A stretch of 60,161 nt of DNA, counting the filler, from Sphacelaria rigidula (lineage: Eukaryota): the NCBI GenBank assembly GCA_964200075.2. It is 6 parts of 6 records of this genome, joined end to end, with 100 filler letters (N's around TTAATTAATTAA, not from the genome) between each part and the next. Parts side by side here need not be neighbours in the genome. Positions count along the whole stretch, not along the records: positions 1 to 9,945 come from CAXNAA020007439.1; positions 10,046 to 19,990 come from CAXNAA020007440.1; 4 more parts are not named here. One strand, given 5' to 3'. The notes under the pieces were generated by a model, which ran no database searches, was not told the origin of the DNA, and saw only the letters and a program-made list of their open reading frames with translations. Positions 1 through 13,222 of this stretch are shown here, one piece after another. Within the stretch, counting starts at the first letter, position 1; each line of letters opens with the position of its first letter. The position numbers were made by a program, and so were the translations under genes.

Positions 1-1044
1 TAAACCTCAATTCTCACAATTTGTTGTTGAGTGGTATTTTTTCTCCAACAACCTTGCTGACGAACGCAAAGCACAGCCCGCCTCGTTGAGAGACATTCAG
101 CGAAGCAGCGACGATGTTTTTCGCATCCTCCTGAAATGCTCTCTCATTAACAACTATTTTCCCTCGCCGACCGGCCATGGTTGCTGGGAGCGGGACAAAA
201 GGAATAAGTGGAGCTGTTCCCTGTTTCCCTTTATTTCTGCTTGCAGGTGACTCGGATGGGCTGCAGTGACGCTCATGACGGCGACAACAAGATGAGGGAT
301 CTGAAGGCAATCATGTCGGCATATCCCGACCCCGCCCATCGGTAAGAACCTTCCGTTCGTCAGTCTGTTCGCCCTCAAAGTTTGCTGTTCTTTTCGGAGT
401 GGTTCCTGTGTCCAAGTTTCAAATGCTTTATAGACGCCGAGCTCCGTTGGAAGATGATATAGGTAGGGGCGATATTTGACTTTCTCGATAAAGGTATACC
501 GTTGGTATAGTAGAATAAATATACAGGCAGTACTGATATTTTCTCATCGTGTGTTTGATTATACCTTCTTCTCGTACAGTCCACGTTTTGTTTCTCTTTT
601 GAAATACAGGCGTGGTTCTCATGCTCTATTGCACGTGTTTCTCATTCCTCAACAAAGAAATTCGAAGCCGGGTAAATCATAAGGGAAAGGTACGTTCGGG
701 TTGTAACAAAAAACAGTACAACCGTGGAGCAATCGCAAACAGAATGCGGCGCGAACTATGGGTAAGAACCGACGTATCACTGCCGCTGTGATGGAAGCGG
801 CCCACCATACACCAAACCCACTGACTTGAAGTCCACTGAGACCTCCCACACTGTGGACACCCGGCATGTGGCGACGGAAAGGTATGATCTGGTTTCGAGT
901 CCCATTGAAGTAGATTCATTCATCGGGATTCATGCTACACCTACGCCCTATTCAAGGAGATGTATGTCACGCTTTCCCTGTGCCCGATGAAATATCGAGG
1001 GGGGGGGAAGTGGATTGTTCTCGTGACCTTGGCCGGGTGTATGG

Positions 1045-4000
1045 ATGAACGATGACGGACCGCTTGAAGATTATCAAGTATTTTGTGTGCACTCCCCCAC
1101 GACCTACCGTCAACCCTTTCACCTAACATGTAACGCAACCTATCAAAACGTCCTATTCGCCCTGCACAGTATGGAAGTCGCTACAGCTCTGCTGAACAAT
1201 CGTCATCTGGGACTGGTGGATACCGAAAAAATGGTCGCGGTTGTACAATTCCTCCTGGCCGACAACACCGAGGGGGAATCAACGCGTGCGGCGGCGCAAA
1301 ACACCCAGGTAATCGCCACAACCCTCCCTGACAAACGCGATGCCCGTGTTGCAGTTACGATGGCAGCGACGGATACCAACGACGTTACGCCTTGCAGACT
1401 CGGTGAAGAGCTAGTCAGTACCGCCAGGTACGACAAGGAGTGCGAAAATAGGATGGCCGAAGAGGGCCGGGACCAAGACGCACCTGAAGCATCAGGCGGG
1501 GTCATGCAAACGGGCGACGCTATTCCGGGTGCGTTGGATACTGCCCACGGGCGCGTGTACGATCACAGCAACGACGACAACCCGCATCAACCACCTACAG
1601 ATGAGCAAGTCGGTGGGGACCCGATCGGCCCAGAGAACGCGGACTTCCGCCCTCATGCTCAATCTGTTAAAGTTGCGCCCGACAGCAGTGACAATCTTGC
1701 CAACGACGAGGGGAAAACCGCCGACATTGGAGAGTCCTCGCGAGCAGCAGGGGACGCTGCCATAGATAACCCTCAAGATACCGGTGAGACGTCTATGGTG
1801 TCTGATTTAGGGCAGGGTCACTCTCGTATTGAAGCACCCGTGAACACGGAGGGCATCCGAGGCGAAAGAGGGCAACAGCTTCAGTCGACCAATACAGCCT
1901 TAGAGGGCTATTCCCACGCACCTTTTGGTGCGCAGACAAAAGACGACACTACTGGTGACTGCACCACCGACAAAGAAGAACGAAGTACTATGGACGGCAT
2001 TCGCTTGACGGAATCCTCGGCCGATGGCGCGGGTTCCAAAGACAGAGCGTCGGTGGACGAGATCATTGTTGACAAAGATGACCCGATGGACAATAGCAGC
2101 ATCGGCGATCCGCATGGCGACACTACCGGTGACTGCACCACCGACAAAGAAAGACGAGATACCCTGGACGGCAATTTCTTGACGAAATTCCCGGCTGATG
2201 GAACGGGTCCCAAGAACAGAGCGTCGATCGACGAGGTCATTGTTGATAAAGATGACTCGGTGGGCAATACAAGCATCGGCGATCAGCATGGCGACACTAC
2301 CGGCGACTGCACCACCGACGAAGAAGAACGAGATACCCTGGATGGCAATTGCTTGACGAAATTCCCGGCTGATGGAACGGGTCCCAAGGACAGAGCATCA
2401 ATCGACGAAGTCATTGTTGATAAAGATGACTCGATGGGCAATGGAAGCACCTGCGATCAGCATGATCAACTTCCCCGTGCTGAATCGGAAGAAATCGAGC
2501 GACGCCGTATGTCAGATGCCAAGCAGCTTGAAGGTGGGGAAAGTCTACAAGGCTTTGTTCGACTTATCTGGACAAAGTAGTAAAGTATTTTAGTGCGAGG
2601 GTTGATTCTGCGGTTGCTAGTCTTAAAAACTTAGGGGCATGGTTCACCTTCACTAAATGCCCCCAATGTGATCAATTATAGATATCACGTGGTATTATAT
2701 ATTCCTTTCACATCTTGAACCCTTTCCCTTTCTCGGGACGAGTCCGTCGTCTTGAGATATCAACCCACATCTTCCCAGCACACGTGGTCTTGAGATCGCG
2801 GATTGGATCATGTCCAGAACTCCCGCACCGCGTCAACTCTAGTCGAACAAGCTCAGCCAAACATGCCCGGTTTGCTACTCACGTTCTCACGTATTGAACG
2901 GCGGAAATCGAGTCATGCTACGATAGGGGGGGGGGTGTTTGATTCCACGGGAAAATGAACTCATGAATGCTTCAGACGACCCAACACACTCGCGTGCGCT
3001 TGTATTTGTGTAAAAGCGATGTCAAGCAGTATGAATGAGCGTTATTCATCGGGAACAAGCGCGTTTGAACAACCCTTATTGTTGCTATTATTATTTATAT
3101 ACATTAACAACGATTCCAAGTAGAATTTCGTTGAACAAAACGGCCCAAAATACCCCCCCCCTATGGTAGCATGACTCAATCGTAGTATGACTCAATCGTA
3201 GTATTTGAAGAAAACCCGAGTGAATGCATCTGCCGGGAATATAACCCGCCTTATTCTGATCTAACGGTGCCGGATGTGCCGTTAGATCACCGAGATCCTG
3301 AGTCTGTGATGAATTTGAAGTAGTTTACGCCAGGCTTGGGCCATGCATACCTTCTTTGTCAAGATCACCAGCCGAGGGGGTTTTAACAACGCTTGAAAAG
3401 CGTGTTGATCAGGAAAAAATTTATAGCAGCGAAGGGTTTGAACAATATTCAAGTGTTCTCGGCATCGAGGGGCAAACTCCCTTCATGAAGAAGAGTTTCG
3501 AGCTCGGCCCTGGCCATAATTTCACATCAAAAATGCTGCATGCTCGTGATCCTACATATTTATGTCCAGGCGCAGGCAAGGTGGCATTCTGCTTACTTTG
3601 GGCGCGACGATAGTATTTCATACAGTGAAGCTACATTTCATTTTTCGAGGTGTGTTCGATTCCGCCGTATCGTTCTAAACGTCATCGTCCGATTGTCGGT
3701 GGTATATTGCTCTACTGGTGTGTTCATATGGTGCTATCAGGGCAATGACTCTATCTGTCGCGATTTCCAATACCGGCAGGCACTCTTTTTTCGTTGACAG
3801 GATTCGTTGTGTGCCATGTCGTATGCCCCCTCCCCTCATGGCTTTCTTGTTTCACTGTTATCAGAGCGCAACCGCGACGCTGAGCGTGTCAGGAAGATAG
3901 CGCTCGTAAACGCCATAAATGGTTGGATCTCCAGGCGTTGGCGCCGTGACGTGGTCAACAAGAGGTTCGGGGGAGTGCCGAAGAAGAAGGTTTGCGCATG

Positions 4001-7000
4001 ATGACCTTACAACAAGTTAATGTGAAGCAGGGCAGGGTTAGGTTCGAGTGTAGAGCGCAGTCGTGGGGAACTCTCACGTTCAGTAGCTGAGACATCAGAC
4101 GTATCTCAACTTTCGCTGGGTGTCGGGGTTATCTGAGTTCAGCTTGGCAATGTTGGTCACGGGGGTTGACCTTCTTCGCCCGCACGAATCCCGGCACAAA
4201 GGGAAGAAGATTTTGTCGAGTGATACATCACTACGCATGCGCGATACGGTACGTTGTGTGTTTGTTTTGTGTGTGTGATTCGACCACCCTTTGTGTTGTG
4301 TTGCTTTGTATCGTGAAATAGGTCATTCTGTCCTCCCTAACTCAAGTGAAAGCGTTGTGATGTGCCAGCAAGAAAATGCGAGACCTTACAAGGCCACCGT
4401 CGCATAGAGTTCGCGACACCAAGACCAATCAAACTCGTCCTCTTTCCGTTTGTCCGTGTACTACATGATAACCCCCTTCAGCGCCGCCGGCGTAAGAAAG
4501 GGAAGAAGAACCAGCTATCGGTGCAGCAGAAGCTGGATCAGCACCAACCGACGCAACAGCAGCTGCATTCGCAGCAGCCTGGAGCAATGGTGCAAGCGCT
4601 CGAGTCTCTCTGCGCTACGATTAGTTCCTTGATGATCCTGCCAGCGCTGTCACAGGGCTCATTCTCCAGCTCTCTTCTCGACGCGGTACGGTGATTGTGT
4701 GATACTCGACCAAACCAACATACCCATTAGCACGTTCATTCCGCTGTGCCCTTTGCATTCCCGCGCCTCAAACACGCATTATTGGGGGAGCGAAGGACAT
4801 CCCTACATGTTGTTCTTGGTCGCTACTAATTACGGGAGGAATCCGTCAAATTGGCTTTGCCCTGATCCCTGTTCCATTCATTTTAGATGTGATGAAGAGT
4901 GCGGGGACAGCCTAGATATTTGCTTTGATTGCAGAGACCGTCTCCATCTTCTGCCCGTAAGCACTGGGGCGACTTCCGTTGTACACTAATTTCGGCAAAC
5001 ATTTGCAACCCCGTCGTCTGTTTGGTCGATGTTCCGTAACATGTAATGCAACCCCCCCACCCTGTCCTCTCTCTGATGCGCCGTCAGTGGATGGAACTAC
5101 GTGGCTACCGGGGTTTGCAAATCCACCCAATTACACTCGTTACACTGCGGAGCGTTGTCTGGCGAACTTGACCAGACGTCTCCACGCTCGTCGCGCATAC
5201 CTTTGTAACTGCTTTGAACATCTGCCTGACTCAGGCACACAAGACAGCTCCGTTTGAGGCCAATGACCCAGTTGAGCTTCTGACGCGGATGTGTGAGGTG
5301 AGCCTCCTGATATAGGCTAGAGGCAGCGTCGTTCGCTCGAAACCTCGGGTACACACGACCACCGCACCTAGCCGGATGACGAGCGCAGCGCCGGGGTGTG
5401 CAGTTCGAGTCACTTGTTTGTACAGTACACAGATTTGTTCTGCCCGCCCCCCTTCCCTCCCCAAAACTACGCGTTCCCCAGTTTTTTCAGAGCAACGATC
5501 CCAAGTTCACTGCGTAGTTCATACTGAGCGCAAGGACTGGGAACCAACGCTCATGTTCTTATGGCTTATGGCCCCGGGTTTGACGTTCGCAGTGAGATTC
5601 CCAACGGACAATATGGAGAACCCCCCTGACGCCTTTGGCTTGCGAGTTGTTTCGTCGTCAATTTTCTCGCAAGACTGATGCCGAGATAGCCCCCCCACAA
5701 AAAGTGCACCGGAGTCCATCCGAGAGACCGGCTGCGATATACCACTTTTGGGCTCGTTTGCAGCACTTTCGCCCACATGAGAGGCGTGTAGCAGTCCGAA
5801 ATCAGCCATAAGGCCCATGTGAGTCGCGTCGTGCACCACGAAATCAGCTCTAACGGCATTTATGATCATGGCCTCCGTGCACTTTTTCGGCCGGTCCGGG
5901 GGGGGGGCTATCTCGGCAGCAGTCGCAAAACAAGAGTAGTAAAGGGTGAATCAAGCATACCATCCACTTCACGTGTGGAAACACACCACCGCAGCACGTC
6001 AGTAAATTTCTGACAAGGATACCAGGATGCTACTTCATCCGCCCTTCGGAACCTCGCCGTCTATTCCATCCATGTACCTCCACCGGTGGAGAACAGGTGC
6101 TAGGTGAACAGGAGGCATCGGTCACGGACTCCACAAAAACAGAGACTGCGCAACCAGGCGACCCTGTGGCCTTCGCACAAGAAGTCAACGCTGCCTTGCG
6201 CAGGGTTTGCCAGCGCGTGGTCAACACTCATATCATTCCTCAAGCATGTACTACGCTGTACAGTGGTCGAGCCGAAAGCCTCGATAAACCTGCCCTGCGC
6301 ACCCTTGCAGCAGTCAGAGAGTGAGTAATCAAACACAATCAACAAGAAGATCTATTGCTTAATTTTTTGTGCTCAATCGTTTCTTTCATATAAGTTCTTT
6401 TTTCTAGGGGGCGGGGGGGTGTCACGAAGATATGGGTGTGAATGCGGTCACAGTGGGAGGATGTCGCGTTGGTGCGTGGGCACAGCTTAGGATCAATATT
6501 GTAGCTCCCTCTCTCCGTGCGTAACAGTACCCAATGTTCACAACATTGGCGTGGATGTACTTCCAGTGCAATCTTTCAGGATGCTCCGTTATCACAAGGT
6601 CGGAATGGGACCGTCAGGCTTATCTCTCGACATAATGTATTCTCTTCGTGCGTCAAATTAAAGTCCATGATGTCTATGGTGCATCTTCACACCCAAGGTT
6701 TTGCCACCCTGGTACATTGAAAATTCAAGCAATGGAGTTGTCTGCCGTCTATGTAAAGGAAGCATGTCGTTTTACACCGTAAGGGGCTTGACCGTGTGCC
6801 TTCTCTCGGTCTCGTTCCATCCCCGCGTACAGGCACTTGGACATGAAACACAGTGAGCTGGCGATCTTGCTGGTACGCCAAGTGGCTTCAGCTGCCGGAG
6901 GGAGCATACGGGAAGGCGATCTTGACAAGGTGAGTTTGTAGGAGGGCTCAGCAGCCATTCATAATCCCGCTCCAAATACATACCTGTGTCGAATTTAAGA

Positions 7001-7772
7001 TTCGTTCGTCAGCACGAAGCAATGAGTTGCGTGGATACAAGCGTTTTGGCACACGGTGATGCTTTCCAAACAAACGAACATCGAATTTCGACTGGTGCTG
7101 AAAGTACGCAAAACAAAAAAGTATCACTTTGAGTTCTTGATGGTTCAAGTTGCAGTGGAAATCCAGGCGCGATGTCGGCCGTGTGTTGGTGTCAGGATGA
7201 AGCTATCCGACCCGCGCTGAATTTCGCAACCGCGAATTGAATGACCACAACACCGTACCGAATGACTAACCCTATCCAGTCATATTTAAAACAAAAACAT
7301 CGGGCGCGAAAATATCGTACTGAAATGCCATTTGTGCGGCCCGAAGTCTACGATATAATGATCAGGTTCGCCCCTATGATTTGGACCCAAGCAGGCGCTC
7401 AGACATCACGTCGTCATCACGTACCTCATCGACTGGATCGAGACCGCCCGCGATGATTTCGAAGGCAGCGAACTGGAAACATTACCGGACCACATTCGGA
7501 ATGGAGCGCGCGAGATCTTCGACAGAGTAACTAACGGCGATGTCATGTCGAGTGAGCTTCGGAAGGTAAGGGGGTACAACGACACACAACTTTCAAGTAC
7601 GACATTTTTTGCCGTCACGATTGGCCGGGATAATGATACGAAATTTGACGGTTGGTCACAAGATTTCCTTCACGATAGATTGAGGGCTTTTCCGCCATCA
7701 CTAAACCTACCTGAAATTCACAATCTTGACTATAGCCACAGGGGTTATTTCCTGAAAAGTGTTCACGGTTAG
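1045..7772 (+). CDS. Multi-exon gene of unknown product with a large acidic, repeat-containing exon
   Basis: A 511-aa open frame at 1045-2580 is followed by AG/GT-bounded open exons at 3801-3989, 6018-6320, 6833-6929 and 7395-(7565 or 7772). The last three are phase-consistent (GA|G, then phase 0) with GTGAGT donors. That all of these belong to one gene is inference; no domain was recognised. Confidence 0.5.
1945..2466 (+). repeat. Three in-frame 174-bp (58-aa) tandem repeats, DTTGDCTTDKEER...VDKDD
   Basis: Units start at 1945, 2119 and 2293. Confidence 0.9.
2910..3177. mobile_element. MITE with GAG...CTC termini and 4-bp TSD (Sola2-like), copy 1
   Basis: TIRs GAGTCATGCTACGATAGGGG / CCCCTATGGTAGCATGACTC; AATC duplicated at 2906-2909 and 3178-3181; homologous copy at 44701. 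Confidence 0.8.
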
Positions 7773-7779
7773 GACAAAT

Positions 7780-9170
7780 CAACTCGTGAGTCAACTCAGA
7801 GTGATCATTTCGGCGAATGAATCATACGGTTCGTACATCATTTGTATTTCACACAGCCAACCTTTCTTCATGACTCAAGGCGTGAATAGCTTGTACATGT
7901 ACGCCATGTGTGACAAGTTCAACGTGAGCGCCCGTAATTGTTTCCCACCTTCGGATTATTGCGGGACCTACATAAGTCATACAGGTTACTTAATCTGAAG
8001 TCATGGGCCCTGAACCACACACACTTTTCTCCAACCTGTAATGCGCGCAAGATGCCTTCACTGCACAATATGTTATATGTTATCCACCCTCGGGTGAATA
8101 TGGCACCAACACTCGGCAAAGAGTTAAACTCTGCCATTTCATGTTCATGGGGCCTGCAATATTGTACTGAAAGCACCTGCACGGATTGCTCTGTCGTGCC
8201 GGTACACGGAGCCCTATTCACTTTTCTGTGCTTCAGACTAACCGACAGCGAAGGGGATGTAGCCGGTACCATAGTACGGGGAAACAATATCGAGGATATT
8301 GTAGATTGTACATCGTGAACAAAGTTGCGCAGTGGTGTACGGTGGTTCACCGCGGTTGGCAATTGCTGCGTAAAAACAGACCTTGATGGAACCCACTCAT
8401 GGTTTCCTTTTCCGGGCCCAACAAAGCATATCACAGCAGCACGGATACACTACGCTGGGCTAGGCTAGGCTAGGCTAGGCTAGACTAGACTACAATACAT
8501 ACTACAGCACATCACGGCACAGTTCCGCACAATCCAGCACGGCAGCGTTCTGTGTGCTCCCACAATACACTACTGTACGCTGCACTACACTACACTCACG
8601 GGCTCACTACACTTACCACAACAGAACAAGCCCAACGCAGAGCAGCGCAGTATAACACAGAACATTACTGTGATACCGTACCGTACCGTGAACGGTACCG
8701 ACTGCGCACACGATGGTTTCAGAATTTTTGGCGATGTGACATGTTGACTCTTGGTCAACTCAGAGCCATCATTTCAATGAATAGATCATACTAGCCGTAC
8801 ATCATTTGTAACTCATACAGCTTCTTAGCTTGTGCATGGCTCAGTGTAACCCGAAGGTACTCGCTTCATACCTTACATGACTACCGGGGTAAATAATGGG
8901 CACATAGTCAACCCTGCACTGAAAATTTGGATGCATCGATTGTACATGTCACGCACTTCTTATTATCATGCGTCGGGAACGTCCTGTGCAACTTGCTTGA
9001 CCAACATGTTGGAGATGATCTCCCGTACATTTTTCCCACCGTTGGGCTAATGCGGGATTAACAAGTTGTAGAGGTTGACTCTTCACTTCCGATGGGCCCT
9101 AACCACGCGTAATTTTCTCACAGCTGTAATGCGCGCAAGATGACTGCGGTGCACATGTGTTATTCACCCT
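7780..9170 (+). repeat. Diverged direct duplication (about 7780-8090 vs 8745-9170) around a pentamer microsatellite at 8455-8700
   Basis: Shared blocks GTCAACTCAGAG, CGTACATCATTTGTA, TTTCCCACC, ATGGGCCCT and CTGTAATGCGCGCAAGATG occur in the same order; (CTAGG)n and CACTA-type repeats lie between. Confidence 0.7.
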
Positions 9171-9945
9171 TGACTCAGCGGGACCAGCGGTTTATACAGC
9201 ATGATGAGTGCTTGCGCGTCATGGCGAGTTGACTCGTATGAATTCTGATTTGTCCTAACCGTGAATGGTTGACACAATTTTACAAGTATCGCTACCCCCA
9301 ACCCTTAATCCTATCCCCAACCCAAGGCACACCGAGAACCCTCGGGCAAGGGCGGAACGTACACATTCCGTAGGCAAAGTAGAGCCTTGGTAGACCAACG
9401 AAAAACGAACCCTCACCCAACACTTACCCCGCAAGGGGTAGGATGAGCAACAGAGTGAAGCCCTGGACATCTGTCATGGATTTATCGGTCATTTTCTAGT
9501 CGACTAGGCTTCATGTGTCATACTTTTGTAATGCTTTGTGTCAGATTATCTACCCATGTTCTCACAGAGCTTTTAGGATTGATCCCAGCACGTACAGCAG
9601 CCTGTCACCGATAATACAAGAAGCATTTACGCCATCAATGGATTGCGATATCAGAGGTGTCGCTGGTCTTCGTCTAAAGTAAGCCTGACTTGCCTGCAGC
9701 TGGTGTGGCCTCGAGCATGCGCTGCAGGTGGAGAGTTACTTTGAACCATCTTGCATGTATAATCATCATCGAACGCGGTCGGATCCTGGTGCTTACATGT
9801 CTTTTGAGATGACTACTCGGGTGCCCACGAACTGGCACCCTTCACCTCTAGACATCCACCACGTGATTTGTGACACATCAACGTCCGGAGGAATAAAAAC
9901 AAAATGTTTCCCTTCCGGCCGCTCCTTATGGTAAGACAAGCAACA

Positions 9946-10045
9946 NNNNNNNNNNNNNNNNNNNNNNNNNNNNNNNNNNNNNNNNNNNNTTAATTAATTA
10001 ANNNNNNNNNNNNNNNNNNNNNNNNNNNNNNNNNNNNNNNNNNNN
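9946..10045. other. Artificial contig spacer (also at 19991-20090, 30035-30134, 40079-40178, 50121-50220)
   Basis: 100-nt blocks of N with a central TTAATTAATTAA six-frame-stop linker. Confidence 0.98.
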
Positions 10046-10119
10046 ATCTTCCCTGCAATGAAGGGATGGGACTTCAACCTCATATTTTGTTTCAACCCCA
10101 AAAATTAGGATCGGCTGTT

Positions 10120-10188
10120 AGTTCTTTACTTATTATCGATTCCTACCCACCGAGAAACAGCACGGGAAGTAGAAACCGGTTTGAGACA
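10120..10188 (+). repeat. Split direct repeat A1
   Basis: 69 bp, 63/69 identical to 18912-18980 by manual alignment. Confidence 0.9.
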
Positions 10189-10287
10189 GCTCTGACGGCG
10201 AAGGCTCGCCCCGCTGCACGTGGGCTCGCCCTCTCCTTTCGCACACTACCTCCAAACTCCTACAATCCAACCGCCAACTACCTCGCT

Positions 10288-10930
10288 ATGGTCCCTGACA
10301 CGCTGGATATGTCCGCCCCGGAGGAGATACCCTCCGCCGACGCCCTCCACGCGCTGGTCTATGAGGTGCGGGGGGGCATCTCCGTCATAAACCCCAAAAA
10401 AGTGATCGCGGTGTTGGGCCTCACCGCGGACGAAACACCACTAAACCAGCTCCTGTGTGTTTGTGCAGGCATCCTCGCACAGCCCACATCCGTGAACATT
10501 GCGATGCTTCTGCAACCTTCCATGGCAGCAAGTGTCACCCCCGACGCTCGAAGGGACCTTCAGACCCGCGCCCTGCTGGAAGCATCGGTGGACCATCTGT
10601 GAGCTACCGACACAACCACCCACGGTGGCTTGAAGAAAATAGGCGACTTCCTCGTGCTTCCCGGCGCGTTCCCCCCGCCCTCCAAACCATCACCACCGCT
10701 ACCACCCCCCCCCTCTGCTGCCACCGCGACCAACGTCCCAACCCCATGCCCCGGTGGACCTCACCGACCCTCTACCAAAACGCCATTAACTTTCGGGATC
10801 GGTGCTCTCTGATGCGGGAGACAGCACACATGCCAAGCCCGACCGGAGCGCAGCTGGCGCCGCTTCGGCAGAGGAGGAGGAGGACAGCGACGAGGAACGA
10901 TTGCTTACACGGATTCACCCCCGGCGGCAG
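10288..10930 (+). pseudogene. Element ORF-A (possible 5' part of gag), Pro-rich then acidic
   Basis: ATG at 10288; an in-frame TGA at 10600-10602 reads through into the 10630 frame; a frameshift near 10800 leads into ...AEEEEDSDEERLLTRIHPRRQ, ending at CAG|GTAAGA. Confidence 0.55.
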
Positions 10931-12039
10931 GTAAGATTCCCCGTTTGCTTTCCAGCACGCACGCTCGGTACAGTACATTCGAGGCCTCCCAGCCGTAGGA
11001 ATAGCGTCCCACTGTCCAAAACCAACCACATGCATAAGCTGACGCAGCCCCATCAAATTAGAGTCAGACACTATTATACTGTAATATAGGTGCAGCTCTA
11101 TGCCCTGCCCAGCTCACGCACAACCACAGTAAGTAAGTACCCTGTTGTACTGAAAAATTGGGCAGCTCTATTTCTCCGCACGCTTTACACCATATTACAG
11201 TACGTACACTATTATACTGTGATATCTCTGTAGCTGCGCGTATATCTTCCCGCAAACCCCCAAAGGTAGAACGCACAGCACAACTACACCGCAGGCCGAC
11301 AGCCCAAGGTCGCATGGTGCCCAACCGTTGCACGGAACCACGAGACCCCTGAGACAACACACCCGCACGTCTATCGTACAGTGTGCTCGTCCCACTCCCA
11401 CCCGCGACGTCGTGCACTCAGCACACTCAATACCCCGCACGCATGTACAGCCCCCCTACCCGTCACGTGTTTCATACATCCCCTTGGTTGTACTACCAAT
11501 CAGTAGCTATTGACTGAACACGCACCGTTCCTTCCTCACGAGGCAGCACCAGGAGCTCCCGTGCTCTCCATGACCCTCGCAAGCAGAACCCCGTTCGGAT
11601 CACGATATTCTTTGCCTGGGTATACCTCACATAGTAATATGCTGGGAGGCGCTCACATCGCTGATTCGCAGGTACTTAACCTCAACACTTCCCCGGCAAT
11701 TGATCCCGGCCCGTGTCCATATGTCTAGTAGCCCACCGGCGATCTTCACAGCGCACGAGCGCTACGATAAGCACACGCCGTGTCTCTTGTTAGTACAGAT
11801 GCCTACACCGCAGCACTTAGGCGCCGGCCTTGAAAACGCGGCTCGCGACAACATCGCTGTTGCTTCGTCCCCCCCCCCCCCCGCCGCCGCCGCCCGCCGC
11901 CCGCCCCCGCCCCCGCCCCGAGAAAAAAAAAATCATACAAATGTACAGAGGGGTGCGCAGTACACGCCCACCCGACTCGCTGCCACCCATCTAATCTCGA
12001 CTTAAGTCAGTACAGCATCGGTCCCGATGCAACACAGCT

Positions 12040-12880
12040 CACGCCCGCCCGACCCCTTGTGGACTGTACAGTACATAAAGCACCGTACACGCGCAGCCCG
12101 GATAGCACCGATGAGTACACCATTACAAGTACACGGCAGGCGCGGGAGACCCCGCACATGTCCAGTTTGCCATCGTGGACCGTACAGTACATAGAGCACC
12201 GTACACGCGTAGCACAGATAGCACAGATGAGTACACCATTACAAGTACACGGCAGGCGCGGGGGACTCCGTACACGTTCAGTGTCCCGTCGCCCATTCAG
12301 TACAGATTCGGGCTAGTACAGTGTCGATTTGGATGCTGCACAGTTCACACCCGCCCGACCCCGTCGCCCGTGCAGTACTTCCAGCACAGTCCACACCCAT
12401 CTGCCTCGGCCCTTTGCCGCCGGTACGGTACCCTTGGAAGCGCAGCACAGTACAAGCACCGCCGAGATGCGGCAGCGCACAAGTCCCCATGGCTTTTAGC
12501 CGCCTGTAGAGTACAGAGTGGGACCGGCACAAGTACACGTCCACCCAGTCCTGCGACGCCCACACAACACAGGTGGGGCGTTAGCACAGTACACGTGCGG
12601 ATGACGCGACGTACACGCCCGTACAACCCTCACCACATAGTACACGCTCACTGGACTTGTCCCTTCGCCGCCGATACAGTACACTTCGGAGCGTAGCACA
12701 GTGCCAGCGCCACCGAATCGCGGCATTGCACAAGCTCGCCTGGCCTTCAGCCGCCTGTCGAGTACAACCCGGGACCGGCACAAACACACACCAGCCCGGT
12801 TCTTAGCCGCCCACACAGTACAGGTGGGGGCGTAACAGTACACATGGGATAACGAGAAGCACAGTACACGCTCGCTTTTA
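12040..12880 (+). repeat. Internal tandem repeats of the element (2 x ~117 bp, then 2 x ~250 bp), rich in CAGTACA
   Basis: GTGGACYGTACAGTACATA recurs at ~12059 and ~12176; the GCACAG...AGCCGCCTGT...GGGACCGGCACAA...CAGGTGGGGCGT block recurs at ~12441 and ~12692. Confidence 0.8.
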
Positions 12881-13222
12881 CCCACGCAGCATCACAGAGC
12901 CCTATGCTATGCCAGGAACCCGGCAAGCTGACGTACGCTGAACCCCGACTCAATACTCAACGGTCCCACCACATACATACCGCCCGCTCAGACGTGTTTT
13001 GTACTAGCCCAGTCAGCCCCTTCATCCCGAGTCCGTGTGACCGCTCATGCGCAGTACTCAACATTTGTACACGCGGTTTGGGAGCACACCAGCCCACCAC
13101 CTCTGCTACGTGAAAGCGAGACCGCTCCAGCCTGAGAGTCCGACAGCACAACAACAGCCGCCCGACCCCGTTCGCCCGACCCGTTCCATGCTCTATCCCC
13201 AACACTGTAGTTCGAATTAAAG

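Noticed and set aside
9990-10001. Recurrent TTAATTAATTAA motif at ~10-kb period
   Set aside because: It is an assembly linker inside N-runs.
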